Shown here piece after piece: positions 46,644 through 59,387 of a DNA stretch of 64,000 bases. The position numbers and the translations under genes are program-made. The DNA is from Iphione sp. A-MEVVRFRX5 (Eukaryota): assembly GCA_976226885.1 (NCBI GenBank), contig OZ320319.1, positions 14,880,001 to 14,944,000 on the forward strand. The letters are read 5' to 3'. The notes below the pieces were generated by a model. It searched no databases. It saw only the letters and a list, made by a program, of their open reading frames with translations, and was not told the origin of the DNA. The stretch's first letter is position 1, and every line of letters begins with the position of its first letter.

Positions 46644-48879
46644 AGGTGGCATATGATAAGGCCTTAAATAAACAGAGCAGGGGGTGTCCTACGTCTATGG
46701 ATCTGTAGATGTTTTTTCTTCACGGATACATGTGTACACCGCCTTAAGGTCTTCTGTAGGCAATACCAGATGTCTTTCTACCACTGGAACCTATGAGAAA
46801 CGGAGGAGTGTCCATAAAAAATCCATTGCCGATAGATGCGAAAACGGATCCAGATCTGTTTTGAAACGGAGGCATGTGAACACCTCAATGTTATGCCAAT
46901 TGACCCGGAAAAAACGTCTACCGATCCATACACGTTTTGAAGAAACATGGTTACATGTAAACACTGCCTTAGGTGCCTTTCACATTTGACATATTTCCAA
47001 TGCAAACGGACACATTTTGGGGTCTGCACTATGACCTATAGGTAGCATATTTATTAGCTTTTTCACATTTCCATGTTTGCATTGCATTTTTGCATTTATA
47101 CACAAAGGGGATTTCTACACAATGCACAATGCACCATGAAAAGACCTTGGATAAATGTGAACAGGGCCTTATACATGTATTCTTGGAGTGGGATAAACGT
47201 CACAGCAGCAGTTTACACTGGTACCCGTACCTATAATATACAGGACAGCATACCTACAGTCGAGGTGAAAGGAAGTGGACTTCTCTCTTTGAGTTTATGT
47301 ACCGTTTAGGCTAATGATAATTATTTGGCATTGATTTCAATGCTCATTCTCATATTATAATGAAATCACATGTCGATGTAACTTTAGATAAGGCGCATAT
47401 GACAAAATTATTAGTATTTTCTTATCATTGGGTCTTAGGGTTCACATGAGAATATGCAGAAACTCCCCTATTGTCATCCACTCTTCACCTCTGCAGTAAT
47501 TTTGCTAAATTAAAACTTATAGACAACGATTTGAATTTATACACTAATATGATCATTTACATTAAGCTTAAATCGATACATCTTCCACAATGGAACCATA
47601 TGAGGCCATTTAAATGTTTAAGAAAGGCCATTAAAATGCAGGTTCCGGGGGTTGGGGGAGAGAAAAGTTGACTCTTGAACTCCACATCCTTCCCATGATA
47701 CCCGTATATGGAGCCCGTGGTCAGGAAGGAGAAATCTCATTAATCTACACGTAATTGCTATACGATGATATCATAATCTCTGTGTATTTTACATCTACCT
47801 TTCATGAAAACTGCCTAAATTCTAATTAAATCTCGGTACAAAGTCTTCGCGGTTTTTCCCGCGCCCAGGCGCAACGCTAATGCCTGTTCTGGGAATTATG
47901 GCAATAGGAAATTGCAGAAGCCGCCTGAACCATTTAGCACTAATGACAGGATCTAAGAGAAGCCTTCGTCAAGTTTCCCACGATCTCTGAAGTTAATTTT
48001 TGACCTAAATTAACACTTAATTAGCACCTTCTGAACATTACCTTTATCAGCAATATGGGAAAATATGGGAACTGAACTTGATTCCTTGCAGTTTATTTTG
48101 CGTCTCATCTTTTCCTTTTATTCCTTGTCTGTAAAGCCATCCGTCCTTCTCTTGATGTCGCCCTGTTTATATCTATCTTCAATCTATCTTTCCCTTTTAG
48201 TTTTTTAAGGAAAGAGGAAGCTCTGACTTGAAAGAGAGAACCTGCTCGAAGATCCATAGAACATAAATATGTACATGAATAAAAGCAAATGGATGGAGCA
48301 AATGGAAATGGTATTTCTTGTATCAGTAGGAGTAAAAGATTAAAAAGAGAAAAAGAAAAAAGAACACAAAGAGAGTACTATAAAAGAATGATCGTTATAC
48401 CTCTAGCAGTAGGAGAGCAAAGTCCATAGATCTATCAATAGCATTTCTGCCGGATATCACTATTTTACTAGACATTTTAGATTATGTTTCGTCCTTAATT
48501 ACTTTCGAACCATGTACCCCAATGACCAGAACTGCACAAACTGTAAAAAAATCTCATCAACTAGGACATCCTGACAGTCTTATATAGATGCTACCAGGTC
48601 TCGCTATAAAAGCGCCTTACGTCTGTCGTAGTCGACGGGATAGAAGCAATACTGGGACCGATGTAGCTATGGTGACAGCAACAATAAAGATAGAATCAGC
48701 TGAGTAGAAGGCATATCGACGGGGAAACAATCGGACATTTTGACAGGGAAAATCTCTGAATCAATCAGGCTCGTATAGGCAGCAATTTGTTGTGGGGTCT
48801 ATCTGAAAGTAGAAAGATGCATTATCTGGCAAGCATTTTAAAGAAGAGTATTATTTAAAGCATAGCAGAGAGAGAGAGG

Positions 48880-48919
<40 letters not shown>

Positions 48920-49049
48920 GGGCTACTTATCACATAGGTAGGTACTCTGTAAAGGACCCATGGGCCTTTGTGGGGGGCATCGGATGAAACCCCCATACCC
49001 TCTTGTCTACGGGCCTGCCGAAGTTTATTGTAAAGATCTTCATGTGGTG

Positions 49050-49280
49050 GTAGTAGACACAGTGGTAGTAGTCACAGTAGGAGTAGTCACAGTGGTAGCC
49101 ACTGTGCTAATAGGCTCAGTGGTAGTAGTTACAGTGGTAGTAATCATAGTACATGTAGTAATAGTCACAGTGGTAGTAGTCACAGTGGAAGTAGTCACCG
49201 TGGTAATTGTAGAAGCATTAGTTGTATTAGTAGTAGTAGTAGTAGCAGTAGTAGTAGTGGTTACAGGGAGTATAGTATAG
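49050..49280. repeat. GTA-rich minisatellite (GTAGTAGTCACAGTG-like)
   Basis: Visible periodicity. It explains the poly-Val ORF at 48960-49280. Confidence 0.85.
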
Positions 49281-49342
49281 TAGTACTAATGGTGGCGTAC
49301 ATGGGAATAATGGCAGAGAATAATCGTCGTTTTCTGTGCTAG

Positions 49343-49556
49343 GAGGGCTCGCATGTCAATGACCATCATAATAACCCGCCGACAAGCCTGCCTCCACCAG
49401 GCTACTCCCCGCGTCCCGTCACCTACAACTACCCATTACAACAGCCCGCACGAACGCGCGCGAGTCGCAAATAGTATCCACAGCCGCCGCCACTGCCGCC
49501 GACGTCGCCCCTGTCAGCATCACGCGGGAACACGCGAGAGGTCCGTGCAGCGCGAG
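49343..49556 (+). other. Candidate Pro-rich exon with an in-frame TAG
   Basis: Acceptor TTTTCTGTGCTAG at 49342. Frame reads EGSHVNDHHNNPPTSLPPPGYSPRPVTYNYPLQQPARTRASRK*YPQPPPLPPTSPLSASRG... Possible donors at 49541, 49557 and 49648. CpG-rich. Confidence 0.35.
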
Positions 49557-52061
49557 GTTTGTATGTCAGGCGATGATGTTGTTGTCACGCAACAGCTCCA
49601 CGTCCGTGACAGCGACGCGTTTCCGCATCAGGTTTACGTGTGTCGGAGTGAGCATGCGTGTGCGTGTGTGTGTGTGTGCGTGTGTGTGCGCGAGAATGTG
49701 TGCATGTTCGGTCAGCATGAACAAAAAGGCCTCTGTCCCCCGTCTGCTTCTATTCATGGAGCTCTTGTTTGTACGTGTCTATTGCTTGTGGTCTGTGGTT
49801 GGAATAAACATACATATACAAATAAGAAAATGTAACATTGATGTAAATCATTTGGTGTCGGTGTAATGACGAAGGTTGTTTCTTAGGTTGTTTAGATATG
49901 CTGTCTGTTTTCATTCCTATATGTCGGTTTGTATACCTGTGTGAATGTAAGTTTGCCTGTGTCTGTGCGTGCGTGCATGAAGGTCCCAGATTCTTTCCAC
50001 AGGTTAAGTCATTGACAGCATAGGTTCCTTATCTGCACGTCGAAACACCTGCACCTGCACATTGCTCTAATCGGATCTGGACATTTACTAGCCTGTTACC
50101 ACGTTTTCTATGAACTTATGCTCAAAACCATTTTTTCCCGAATTAGGATTTGTGCCTTTTAATCAACTTCAGACACTTAGTCCAGTGCCTATTTTCCCCA
50201 TTTTTTGACTTCATGTACTAGGTTGTTGTTCAGTCGTGTGTACATCAGCTGACACATCAACCAGCTCACTCTTTCAAATTTTAGCTGATCCAATTTCCAT
50301 TTTTATATAAATGTACTTGGATACCTGTGCCCTGTGCACCCTTTCCTTAGGCATTATCTCTATGTGTTTTCACAAACATGTTTGAGGCGGTGCTTTCATA
50401 TGATTTTGCATCTATGCCTATGATCTTGAGTGTTCCCATGTGTCCCTTGGCATGAACTGTAACATGGAATAATACAGACCTATACAGACAGATTGGAATG
50501 TCCTAATTTAGTCTCATGTTTCTCCTAGAAGTACATGAAACAGGGCCCAGGCCCAGGCAAGAGAAACCTGTTAAAAGTTTATCAAATGTGTGTATCATTT
50601 GCGAAAAAGCACGCGATTTCCACAGATATGCTTCAATTTCAACACATTTCAACAAAAATAACACAGTTCTCACAGACTGTGTATGCTACACCTAGGGCAA
50701 AGAAAGTCTCATACTCTCACCAAAATTGGTCCTTTCTAACTTGTACATTATCAATATCAAGCTGATGTTGCAGACAATATTAATCTGAGGGTTTGTGTAG
50801 AAATGTAAAGGTGATACTGTGTCAACATTGACACTCAATCCTGGGGCAACATTGATCATATACAATTGAATCTTCTATTCTATTCAAACATTAACACCTT
50901 TTGGTCTAGAACAACTCAATAACACCGCAACTCAGCATCAAGGCTTCTGTTCTAGCTTGCCCTAATTGTAATGCTGACTCCAAATTCTAACTTTAACATT
51001 CAAGTCCGACCCTATACCCTGCTCAGCTTTAGGCTGTCATAGAACTGAGTTGTAGGTCCCTCAGCTGCCATGCTGTTGAGTTGTGATGCTCCCATGCCAT
51101 GCGCACTACGTCTTCCCAATGGTGAAAGAGTGAAAAGAAACCTAATCACATAAAATGGCATTTCTAACTTTAAATACATGTTTGTTCATAGATCATTTTT
51201 ACGTTTCAACTTTTACAATTTCCTCATTGATGCTACTCATTTGGAACAAATATGGAGCAAGCTCGATGTAGTCATGAGTGATTTGAATTATCAGTATTTT
51301 TTATATCAACAACATTGTTTTATCAGTACTTTTGACCACATGTACTCATTGACACCTAATTTGTCACCTAGCTGCACAATGAATCCGTCAGTCGTTGCCA
51401 GTATGATTCATTTCAATCCTGTGAAATCTGCCTGGTTATGGTGACAATTTGAAATAAATCTTTCACATAATCTTTGTAATTAACACCTGATATCAAAGTT
51501 TACTGTTCTTATTCGCATTAGATGTGAATGAAGTGTGCATTCCAGCCATGCAAAGTCATTTGGCTCACATAATCCTTTAAAAGGCTTGAAAATGAAGAAA
51601 ATTCCTTGCAAAGTTATCAAGCCATGCGATGATATACGTAAATAAGCTGATTTATATAAACATATAAGTAATGCTATCATAGCAATAGAGTTTTAAGATC
51701 ATTTCAAATGCCTATAAACTATAAAACCCCAAAGTTTCGTTGTCAATAGTTGAATCTTGTAAATATCTTCTTTAGAACTTGTTCTGTACAAGAATTAAAA
51801 TTTTAAGATCAATTGACATTTTTCACAGCATCAGAATATTGTACCCCACAAAGTGTTGACAAATGTATTTAACATTGAATTCCATATTTTTGAATGAGTG
51901 GTCATGACAGCTTTGGACCGGGATATCTTATAATCTGAGAGGACTATCTGAATAACCTTTGCACTAAACGATGCTTTAGAATGTTCCTTAGTCGTCCTAC
52001 TTTTACACTGTAGTACATTTTTACATTGTTGATTACTGTATGGAACGTTCCCAGTGTGACA

Positions 52062-52200
52062 ATCTCATCTCATCTCATTCTATCTTTAACCAGGAATATA
52101 TTCACCTATGATCAGGGCAGGGTTCTTCCATATCCTCCTGGGGTAGCATACTATCATCTATTATTGAGAACTGAGAGACCAGAATACCCTACTCTTTCAA
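52062..52200 (-). mobile_element. 3' fragment of SINE family A
   Basis: Reverse complement matches the 3' third of 19195-19550. Confidence 0.8.
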
Positions 52201-52761
52201 AACTTTTGGTCCAATGATTCTTCTGACTTTGGGGTGCTTTTTACAGTTTCATTATTCAAGTATGTCTGTTTTCCTACTTTCCCATCTTTTCACGTGTAAA
52301 ATAAATGAGATCTGATGGAAAAGAAGAACATGATGTCATTCAATTCATAATTATGTGGCAGTTCTTTTGAAAGAGAAAACTAAACGCTACTGAGACCTAC
52401 TGTTTACCTTTAAGATAAAGAAAGGACTTAGTTCTCGTACTATTTGTAGCGTCGGAGGAACATTTCTGCGCATGTACTTAGTTCATATTTCCTTTGCTCG
52501 TTAGCAGATAAAAAATCATCCATGGTTAAGTAGACACCGTGAAAAGAAAAAGGCCCCTCCAGAGCTCCGGAGCGTCACGTGACCTACGGTCGAGAGCCGA
52601 CCACAAAGGAGAGGCACGGTACTTGATGGAGGCAGAGGGTACGGGGGGGGGGTGGGCAGACACAATGCAAAACAATACTACGGAATAGAACGGTCAAAAG
52701 GGAACAAAAAATTCCCGTCAGAAATTCGAAAAAAAGAAGAAGGTTCCCCAACGAGGCATGG

Positions 52762-52843
52762 TGACCTTTGATCCCACTAGTCTCCCACCCCTGACGCCGT
52801 CCAACAATGACCTTTGACCCAAGCGGCCAGTAACCTTTGACCC
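52762..52843. promoter_or_regulatory. Cluster of three nuclear-receptor DR1-like sites
   Basis: TGACCTTTGATCC (52762), TGACCTTTGACCC (52808) and TAACCTTTGACCC (52831), separated by unrelated spacers. Confidence 0.55.
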
Positions 52844-53991
52844 GAGCGTTCGCTGACCAGCCTGTTAGGGTATGCCTGTGAGCGTTCTGGGAGCTGTTTA
52901 GGGTCGTGGGGTCAGCTCTGGGTAGTCAAGAGGGGCCTGGAGCTGTGGTCAGTTAGGGGGGGGGGGAACGTGAAAAGGGAGGCCCCAAGGGCAAATAGGT
53001 CTCCTTCTTAGTAACGGCTGACCAGGACTGAGCCTCCTTGACCGTCCACTGCAGGGGTTTCACAGCCTTCCACCTGAGGTGTCAGAAACGACATACATTA
53101 AGGGAGGGGATGAAAGCGAGCCTGAGACTGATCTGACAGACCCCAGTCTAAGATTGAGGGGATAATCACCTGTAAAACGCCCGTTATACGCCCGGCCATG
53201 GTGTCCCCAATCCCCTTAAAGAAACACTTCCGCAGGGGGATTTATAACAACTATGGGGTTATGGTTGTATACAGTTCATTATACCTGACTAGTTATATGA
53301 TGCTTATACTCCCATCTACTCGAGTAACAGACCGAAGTGAAGCTCTGCAGTGTTTATCTAATAGCTTTTAGCATCTATAGACATTCTATTATGTATTTTC
53401 ATGTTCCAATCACATCTTCATTTACCTATCTACCCATCCCTACTCCAGGAGCCAAATTATTCCACTCGATAACTCCATAGAGGTGGACCGACAGATCTTG
53501 CCTGTGTTAGTAGGTTATTACATGTACCTTGCCTTGAAGTATGGAATATCTTCATCCATTTATTTACTCGATCTGAGTTTAGGCGTTAAGTGTGCCACAC
53601 GTGGGCATTCAATTTAAATCAGGATTACATATATACATACATACAGACAGACATACTACCTGTGGATGTTTCAAGGGTTACGAATTATTGTTCTAAAAAT
53701 GTCCAGTTGATATAACAATGATGTCATTATTTGCTGCCTATTCTAAAATATATGCACGTACGTACGCATGCTAATTACCAAGAATGATATAGTGCATGAT
53801 AATAGATAAACGAGTGATTCAATTATAAGAAGAAATATCAAGGAGGAATGGAGGGGGAAACCCCCAAAGAGGCACAGAAGGTGGAAAGAATGTTCGCAAA
53901 GTAAATTTTAGTATTTAATTTCATTTTAAAAGTCAGAATTGATATAAGATCGCAAAAAGCAACTGTTTTAATTTAAGGTTCTTCCCGCTAG

Positions 53992-54081
53992 AGTGGAAAC
54001 ACTGGGCTGGGTTCAGCTGGTACCGGATGTGCGTATGAATATGGTGCGTTGGTCACGCCAACCTTGGAGTTGAATATGAAG
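53992..54081 (+). other. Candidate 90-nt frame-preserving exon (SGNTGLGSAGTGCAYEYGALVTPTLELNMK)
   Basis: TTCTTCCCGCTAG acceptor and AAG|GTGTGT donor. Only phase 0 is open, and the segment is GC-richer than its flanks. Confidence 0.35.
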
Positions 54082-57000
54082 GTGTGTTTACCCTAGCGAG
54101 GTTGCATATAATCAAAGATGTGTCAAAGCTAATTTATAATCAAGTTAAATGGTATCACCTGGATAATGAAGTAATTTTCCACTGTTGCATTGTTATCTAA
54201 AACGAAGACTTCAGTCCATAACTTTCATCCTGTCCCGTAACTTTGCACACAATTAAGAAATACTGCAGACTTGAAGAGTGAGCGATAATTGAGAGATCGT
54301 GTATGTTCATGTGCAATTTCAAAGGCCTGGTATGAATAAACTACTGAGACTTAATTATACACATTTATTCTTGAGGAGAATACATACACTAATTATACTG
54401 TACTGCCTGTCACTAAGAGTAGTCAATGTTACAATAGCTCAAAGAATTTTTAAGGTCCTTTCACCTCCCCACCTGGTACCCTATCCCAGTAACGGGTGAG
54501 ACTACCAGCCCTGTGATGTCATTGCCACTCCCCAAAATATCACTGGAGTGGATTTGCTGTAGGCATTTTAGTGCGACTAACGTGAAAGCAGAACTATGTC
54601 CAAGCTTCCCAGTGTCCCATCAGTTAAAACAAAAGGACAATACCCTCTCAATCTTCTCTATTCTTCCACCTCTGAATGTAAATGATGCACAAAAGCATGA
54701 TTTTGATGTAAAGTCAACTCTTGCTAAGGAGATTACCTCTGGGACTAGAGAAGTTTGGTGTTTGTTGAGGTCTGGCCTCCTCTGAGGTGACTTTTTATAG
54801 AGTTTGGTACTATTAGGATCTGGTCTCTGGTGAGGTGTGGTCTCCCCTGCGATCTGGTCGTTTAGTGAGAGTTGAGTGTATATTGATTTTTTACTAGAAC
54901 AAAAGAAATTCGAATAAGAAATACTGAAGTCCAGAATTTATTATATGGAAATGAACATCAAAGCACAGTAGGATAGAGAATATATCCCTTGTAGCAGGCA
55001 GCTAAAAGCAATGTTCCAAAGTTTTTCTCCCTTTTTACTCAGGTTCCTCACTTTTCCTCATCAATTATGCACATTTATGCACCTATTCACTCCTTTTGAT
55101 ACTTTTTTCAGTGAAATTAGCTGGTTTGTGCTGCTATTCCCATCAAATTTGCCACTTTTGACATTTTTTCAGTGAAATTCGCCGGTTTGCACCACTGTTC
55201 CCATCAAATTTGGCAGTTTTTATACATTTGCCAAACACAGCCTCACAGACACTCCCTGAGGCTGCATTAGGCATTTACGTTACGACGTGTACATTCTGCT
55301 CTCCTCTCGTAATGGGTTCATTTGATATGGATGATATTTATTTATAGGATATCTCACAAAAAAATCTGTATTGCTATGATAAGAGTTTTTCGTGCATTCA
55401 AGTAATTGCCAATATGAAGTATAAATACTTTTTTGTCGCTCTGAATTATTTCGAGGGTATCGGTGCTATGAATATTACGTCAACCATACATTAAATATCA
55501 GGGAAACTGCATACACTTAGTACCAGGCGGACATACAATCGTACATAATACTCTAACAAACATATGAACTTGTATGTGAGTTAGTTTATGTCTGTTTCTG
55601 TATGATAGACGTGTGTGCCTTTCCTGCAACGTATCCACAATGCTGCGTTTGGGGGTTCGTCTGTTTCCAGCACCTCAGTGTGAACCCAAGTGTGTGTGCA
55701 TATCTGTGTGTGTGGGTGTGTTTGTGTGATCCCTGTGTGTATATACGTGATAGGGGAGTGGTGGCCTTCTTCAAGCTGCCACGTGTGCACAGCCAGGGGC
55801 CTCGAAGACAGCCACCGAAAGGTCCACAACAGAGGCCATTATGCCAGAAAAAAACCCTTACAAATGGACATAATGCCTACTACCACCCCGCTCGGCTGCA
55901 CGCGCATACCCCTAGACCCTACGCCCTCTTAACCACTGCACATCTTTAAGAAGGTATACCAAAGAAGTAGAGAGCGCTTCACTTGACAATGATGCAAAAC
56001 CTACAGTAAACCAGGTTTATGGACTACCAATGACCATAAACACTTTTGGATGATGTAAAGAAAGATTAGCATAGCCAGGTTTGATATAAGTTCCTGTTGC
56101 TGAGAAATTCGTGCTGGTCAGCATCTCTGCTCCAGACCCATCAGCGATTGCTTTAAGTACATGTACAGTGGAAACTCTATTTGCTACCAGAGCTATTTGC
56201 GACCATTCTCTATTTGCGACCATCTGAGATGGGTACAAGAATGTTGATTTCTATACATTTGCGACCAAATTTGCCAATGCGACCATTTGAGCTTGGAACA
56301 AAGTAATGGTCGCAAATAGGGTTTCAATTGTATTAGAGAAACACGTCAAAACGTCGCTCCACAGGTCAGACTGTCTCAGTGTTTGTAAACACTGCCATGG
56401 CATCATTTTGCGTGTGGCACTTGGTCAGTTGATTGGTGGACAAGAACCTGTGTTTTAACTATCCGTTTAGAAATATATGAACAAGAATGATACCACTTAA
56501 GGGGAGAGCATACCATTAAGTGTCTGGCTTGAAGATAATGACAACTATTCCAATAAGAATTAATGGACATGTGTACATGCTTGTTCACGATTTCTAGATA
56601 TATCTGTAAGCATTCGCTGAAAGTGTGGCTAGGGTGTCCTTCGTACTTTCCAAGCTGTGAGGGTTCAAAAGTGATTGTGTCAGGCACATTGTGTCAACTG
56701 ACAAATTGTCTCTCCCCTGAACATGTCTGCTACATGAATGATGCGTGGAGTCTTGATGCAAAGATCCAGTGGTCAACAAACTTTATGAGCCAAGGCTGCT
56801 TGGACCAGAGGTAGCCCCACTTATCACATGTGCTGGACACTTCCCTTGCGACGGGCTAACCGATTCCTGGTCAAAGGGTGACTGCCTGCCTGTAATATAA
56901 AACTGAGAGGTTTATACTCTGTGCCCAGAAAATTTGCTTGGAATAGCCAGGTGACTAATTAGTCAGGTGCTGCAAGAGTGTACTGTCTTCTTACTGATTA

Positions 57001-58804
57001 ATGTTAGTTAACACGGAAAGGTTCTGTAGAGCTATGTATTTAATCCAACATGTTACTTCCTTATTGAAAACAGAAGTTGGACCACCATGAACAAGGTAAC
57101 CATCTAGCTACTGGCTCCCAGTAATGATGTCGGGCATGGCAGCATCTGTGAGCACAGTGAACCCTCAGGACATGGTCACCTCTTTAATCATGTCACTCAC
57201 TAATGCGGCAACCTCAGATGAAACAAAAATGTATCATATATACATTTATTTAGCCCAGGGCTGGGCAATCTGTGGCATTTCGCTAAACACGTGCGCCATA
57301 GGCAAAAATTGTGACAACTTTCATTCCTTAACCGCTGATTTAGTGTTGAATTTCGTGGTTTTTTTTTTGGCGACACAGATATTAAAAAAATGTGACACGT
57401 TCTCTTTGGGCTCCCAGCCCTGTAGCCCCGTCACTTATCCAGACATTTCAATATTTCAGCCAAATGAAGGGATTAGGGAGGTTCCACGGTGAATAGTCCG
57501 ACCACCTTTGTACGAAACAAATTACAATTAGTGCTTTAAAAATGCTGGAATCCCTTACTTTTCCTAGTGTTAGCTTCTTGTGAATTTAGGGAACCAGTTA
57601 TTACCGCGCTGCTGGGCTTGAGGTTACCAGTGGTACATTCACTGGGAGGTAAACCTTGTAGAAACAATTCACTCTGATAAATCATGCCTTTTCTTTTTAT
57701 GCACTCTAAAGTAAGGAAAGTCAATGATTATCTGTGCCATAAAAGACATAAATTTATCCAATTATCTGCAGTCAGTGAGATGTTGTAACTTAGCACTCAA
57801 ATACTAAGCCGGTATCACTTTATATTTTGCACTAGAAATATTTACATTTTTATCTCCCCCATGACCTTTGCGCCAGAATTATAATTGTTTTTAGGATCAT
57901 TTTCACAAAACATGGCGCAAATGGTGGGAACACATCCTTTACTTGGGTGACTATGATATCATTCCAGACAAACATACAGAATGCGTCAGAGTCTTTTTAT
58001 CTACATCCTTTGAAGGCCTGTGTCAGTTTTTATAACCTTGAATAATGATAATATATGGCATAATCGTGAAGAACAATTCTTCCTCCAACCGTTTTCTTTA
58101 CTCACTGTAAAGTAGGTGCCCCTCACCTATGTAAGAAGATAATCATTCATGATGTCAGTTTTCAAAGCTTAATATTTTGTCCCCAAGAGTGCCATATACT
58201 ATTACAGGTCCCACATATTGTAATGTATAAATAGTGAATATCCTATTCCCTTATCAAGTCAATTTCCAGTCAATGTTTCTTAAGGAGTGTTCACATGTAC
58301 CCATACGTTACGTGTAACATAATTACGTGTACGAGGCCGTAGCCATAAATTCCCCCTGTAGTCTCTGTATTTTAGTGCTGAAAAGCAGATGTCTCTGCAC
58401 CTTTGAATCCTATACAAATTGTTTGGCAAATATGGATTCGGATCTGCCTCCATACCAAAACACAGGTACGGGCACATGTGAACACTTAACTGAATGATAG
58501 AGGGATGGGTTTGATAAATGTGCCCGTACCTGTAGAAAACTACGGATGCATGTGAACACACCTGATGTATTTTAACTTGTGTTTTCTCCCCCGTGTATTG
58601 ACTACACACCTTTCCCGGTAACTCATACCTGACCAATACATGTGTGTATAGTTGTCTAGTGTTACATATGTATTTTTTATGGGGTAATTATGATTTGTTG
58701 GACATTACATTCATAGTAAGAGGGAATCTGGCCATATAATGGAAAAGCTATTTTGGTTATTGCAAGTTGCTTCCATCTTGTTTAAAATATATTTTATAAT
58801 ATTA

Positions 58805-59387
58805 CAGTGGGATGTCCCCTCGCAGACACGTCTGGGATGCAGACATGTCCCAAATGTGGACGATTTGGAGAAGAACCAAAATGTTTCCTATAGTTAAGCA
58901 TTGTAAGGGGACCTCACTAATGAGGACACCCATTTTAGAGGAGTGTCTCACTGTGGACACCCTCAAAGGGTAGGGTTTTGGTGTGAATTTACACCTTGAA
59001 ATGCGAATTCACACCTTGGAATCAGTCTAAACCAACCTATTCGTGGTCTAAACCCCCCGATTCGGGGTCTAAACCTGCCAGTACCTCACACCTCTGTAAA
59101 CAATTAAACGAGTGGTTGGGGAGATGGGGGGAGTCAACAGTAACCTCTCTAATGTCTCTCACACCTTGAAAGCACTTTTAGGACTCCTACTCGTCAAATT
59201 TAGCACTTTTTTGACTCTTACTTGTCAAATTCAGCATTTTTTGGACTCTTCCTCGTTAAATTCAGCACTTCACAAATACAATTGTCATATGCTACTAATG
59301 TACTAAGTGATCTATAATCAGGACGCTTCTGAAATGCGGACGATTTGAAGCAGAACCAAGGGTGTCCGTAATCAAGACATCCGACTG
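58805..59387. mobile_element. Tc1/mariner-type MITE
   Basis: TA-flanked TIRs CAGTGGGATGTC and GACATCCGACTG (1 mismatch). Confidence 0.7.

Larger units (their letters stand above)
45257..46968. mobile_element. Cluster of PIF/Harbinger-type MITEs containing nested insertions
   Basis: GGCCGTGTACACATG-type TIRs next to TTA/TAA at 45257-45418 and 45425-46743, plus a decayed unit ending at 46968. Further family copies at 58284-58562 and 62352-62658 (TAA TSD). Confidence 0.75.

Noticed and set aside
48960-49280. Val-rich membrane-protein-like ORF
   Set aside because: Translation of a GTA-rich minisatellite.
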